Positions 34,501-35,825 of a DNA stretch of 35,825 nucleotides are shown piece by piece. The notes beneath the pieces were generated by a model. It saw only the letters and a list, made by a program, of their open reading frames with translations. It did not search any database and had not been told where the DNA came from. The stretch lies in the NCBI GenBank assembly GCA_048213135.1, contig PS015650.1:1-35825 (forward strand). The letters run 5' to 3'. The stretch comes from Reclinomonas americana ATCC 50394. Taxonomy: Eukaryota. How positions within the stretch are numbered: position 1 is the stretch's first letter; each line of letters begins with the position of its first letter. A program made the translations under genes and the position numbers.

Positions 34501-35825
34501 CACTCGAGCACACTGAGTGTCAGCATTTGCTCGTGGCGGTGACTGTCGGCGAACAAGAGAGCCAGCGAGCGGAAAATGTTGCTGCGGAGGGTGGCTTCCG
34601 AGACCTGTCGGTCCACCTCCTGGCGCACAGCGACCGCGTCGTGATCGCTTTGAACGACAAAATTGATAATCTGTGCGCACATGGAGCAAGCATAAGAATT
34701 CAGCCACCAGGAGGGCCTAGGCACGCAGTTCCGAAACATTCTGCGTAATGGTCTCCAACAGCGCGCTGTCCTTTTGTGCCACCGAGGGCGAGAAGGTGCG
34801 AGAGAGCTGCGAAAACCAAGCCGCAGATGCATGTGAGCAGTGTGCCAGCACGTGCGACTACAGACGAGGCAAGAGTGACTAACATCGGTGATCTTGCGCA
34901 TCTGACGGAAGGCGCGCTTCACCACCTTCCAGCCCCACGAGTGACCAGGAGTGGCAGGTGACACGGGCTGTTGCAGCGGATTCCGGAGTGAAACACAAGC
35001 AGAAAACAAATGCAATAAAACCACACACACACTCACCTCAAGTGCCGACTGGATGGCGTTGGCATCGCCGTACTCTTCGGCGTCCACCGACAAAAGATCG
35101 GCGCGACTCGCCAGCGACAGCACCAAGTCCAAGCGTCCCCACATGGGCTTGCACAGCGCGGCAAGAGCCTCCTGTTTGGTCAGAAGCGGGTCCGTGCTCT
35201 GCTTGCTCGCGAGCACTTGTCGGAGCTACAACAAAGCCATCGCACAGATCAGCAACCGGTGGCACTCTGCCCATTCTTCTCCTGCCGACATTCTCAAGTC
35301 CACGAAACATTCTGCGCCATGCGGTACGACTTGAGAAGGTCGGGCGAGCGCTCGCCAACAATGGCGTACGACACCAGTCGCCGGTGCTTCAGCAGCACAG
35401 CAAACATGGCTCGCACAAAGTCATTCGCTGGCACGGGGAAAAAACGAAGCAGTCAGACAACGACGACTCGCCAACAAAGTACAGCCAACAATGGATGGAA
35501 TGCAGTGACGCAACCGACTGGCACAGTCTGCAGCTGGCGCTCGTCCTTGCCGGCACTGCCCGCCAGTGACTGATAGAACGCGCCACCATGACCGGTTCCG
35601 TCAACAACCTCACGCAAGAAGGCATTCTCCTCCATCTCGACATCCTGCCCCGCAGCCACCACTCCGTGTGCAAAGAGCGGAAGCGCCAGCAGGTCAGTGA
35701 ACGGACCGCTGTCCACTGCGCTCATGGAGCGTGAAAGAATCTGCGTGCGTACGGCACAGGTAGCCTCAGTACACGAGCGTGTAAAAGTTGAATGGCAAAC
35801 GCAAATGCTTGCACAAACCGCGACT
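22266..35825 (-). CDS. Giant HERC2/HERC1-like HECT E3 ubiquitin ligase (5' end outside window; spans three gaps)
   Basis: The spliced HECT domain reads WNVKFLGEGGIDGGALYHDSISEMATEL...PLLIPSPN, ELKPNGRNITVTWETLPEYIDL, LETRVCGEPNV, YLWAALRDMTPQERSLFLRFISGRRRLP, catalytic LPEASACFQKLRWPSY, TSAIDLD, and ends ...DEGDATE-TAA (22266). About 50 introns are visible. Confidence 0.93.
22390..24010 (-). other. HECT catalytic domain (approximate bounds)
   Basis: Motifs as listed for the gene. The PLLIPSPN and final IDLD motifs resemble HERC1/HERC2-type HECT domains. Confidence 0.92.
25409..25500. repeat. (CA)n microsatellite, ~46 units, intronic
   Basis: Uninterrupted acacac run next to an assembly gap. 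Confidence 0.97.
25546..26177. other. Assembly gap within E3 gene
   Basis: Run of N. Confidence 1.
26178..28250 (-). repeat. At least four ~75-aa Mind bomb-type SH3 (MIB-REP/SH3_15-like) repeats in the E3 ligase, separated by Ala/Pro linkers
   Basis: The copies are GMYVRVIGDGDELRRLC..GWVEAMAALAGQRGRV; LAVIVERDAALLEQRC..GWSSRMSAIAGARGVI; LQVFVERDSAVLQQRC..GWNSSMAAIAGKRGVV; LPVFIETDVALLRQRC..QWNGDMAAVAGTRGVI. Copies 1-3 end in W-x-LP-F/W-D-x-L; copy 4 runs into the gap. Confidence 0.75.
27015..27622. other. Assembly gap within E3 gene (possibly wholly intronic)
   Basis: Run of N. The flanking exons ...DSWAL| and |PFDTLYRV join in frame to complete a repeat. Confidence 0.95.
30525..31405 (-). 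other. Two tandem CPH (Cul7/PARC/HERC2)-like domains
   Basis: The segments REEFASAAQYAAYVARTVQPGTEV...GRVVSVD and ADFGGDTTQYLAYLRTNVENGTVVVAARDSEGVFAVGDRGSV...RVHWDRTGRDYWVMVADIAL match the CPH pattern (F..Y..YVR.....G..V...GD.G....W...G..YWV). The second is the stronger match. Confidence 0.75.
31630..31820 (-). other. ZZ-type-like zinc finger
   Basis: CDKGH...CDVCRTKNIHQQERMWHCSLCSYDLCEAC. Confidence 0.8.
31914..31933. other. Small assembly gap (20 N)
   Basis: Run of N. Confidence 1.

Noticed and set aside
32-35725. Many long overlapping or antisense ORFs in the ORF track
   Set aside because: Expected shadows of GC-rich, low-complexity coding sequence. They are Arg/Cys-rich without motifs, and many run through introns.
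717-35825. Stop-codon reassignment or pseudogenisation suggested by fragmented ORFs
   Set aside because: Interrupting stops and frame changes fall inside short introns with branch point and AG. Genes end in TAA, TAG and TGA, and the PDE and HECT catalytic motifs are intact.

Overview
GC-rich, compact, intron-dense eukaryotic (protist-like) genomic DNA with four assembly gaps. The organism cannot be identified from the sequence. Splicing by hand gives nine protein genes: a small secreted hyper-acidic protein, two divergent unknown genes, a 7TM protein of probable TOM1/GPR137 type, a class I cyclic-nucleotide phosphodiesterase (N-terminal MGC acylation motif and an apparent XRCC4/PAXX-like head domain), a small gene spanning a gap, two low-complexity genes, and the 3' ~13.5 kb of a giant HERC2-like HECT E3 ligase (ZZ finger, two CPH-like domains, at least 4 Mind-bomb-type SH3 repeats). 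Most of the roughly 115 introns are 50-110 nt GT-AG with CTGAC/CTCAC/CTAAC-like branch points. The standout signal is splicing. About 30% of donors are a one-nucleotide-shifted class (GTTGCGT, GTTGAGT, GTTACGT, GTTCCGT, GTTTCGT), and these mostly lack the exonic -1 G that standard donors almost always carry. All gene models and counts are manual and have no transcript support.
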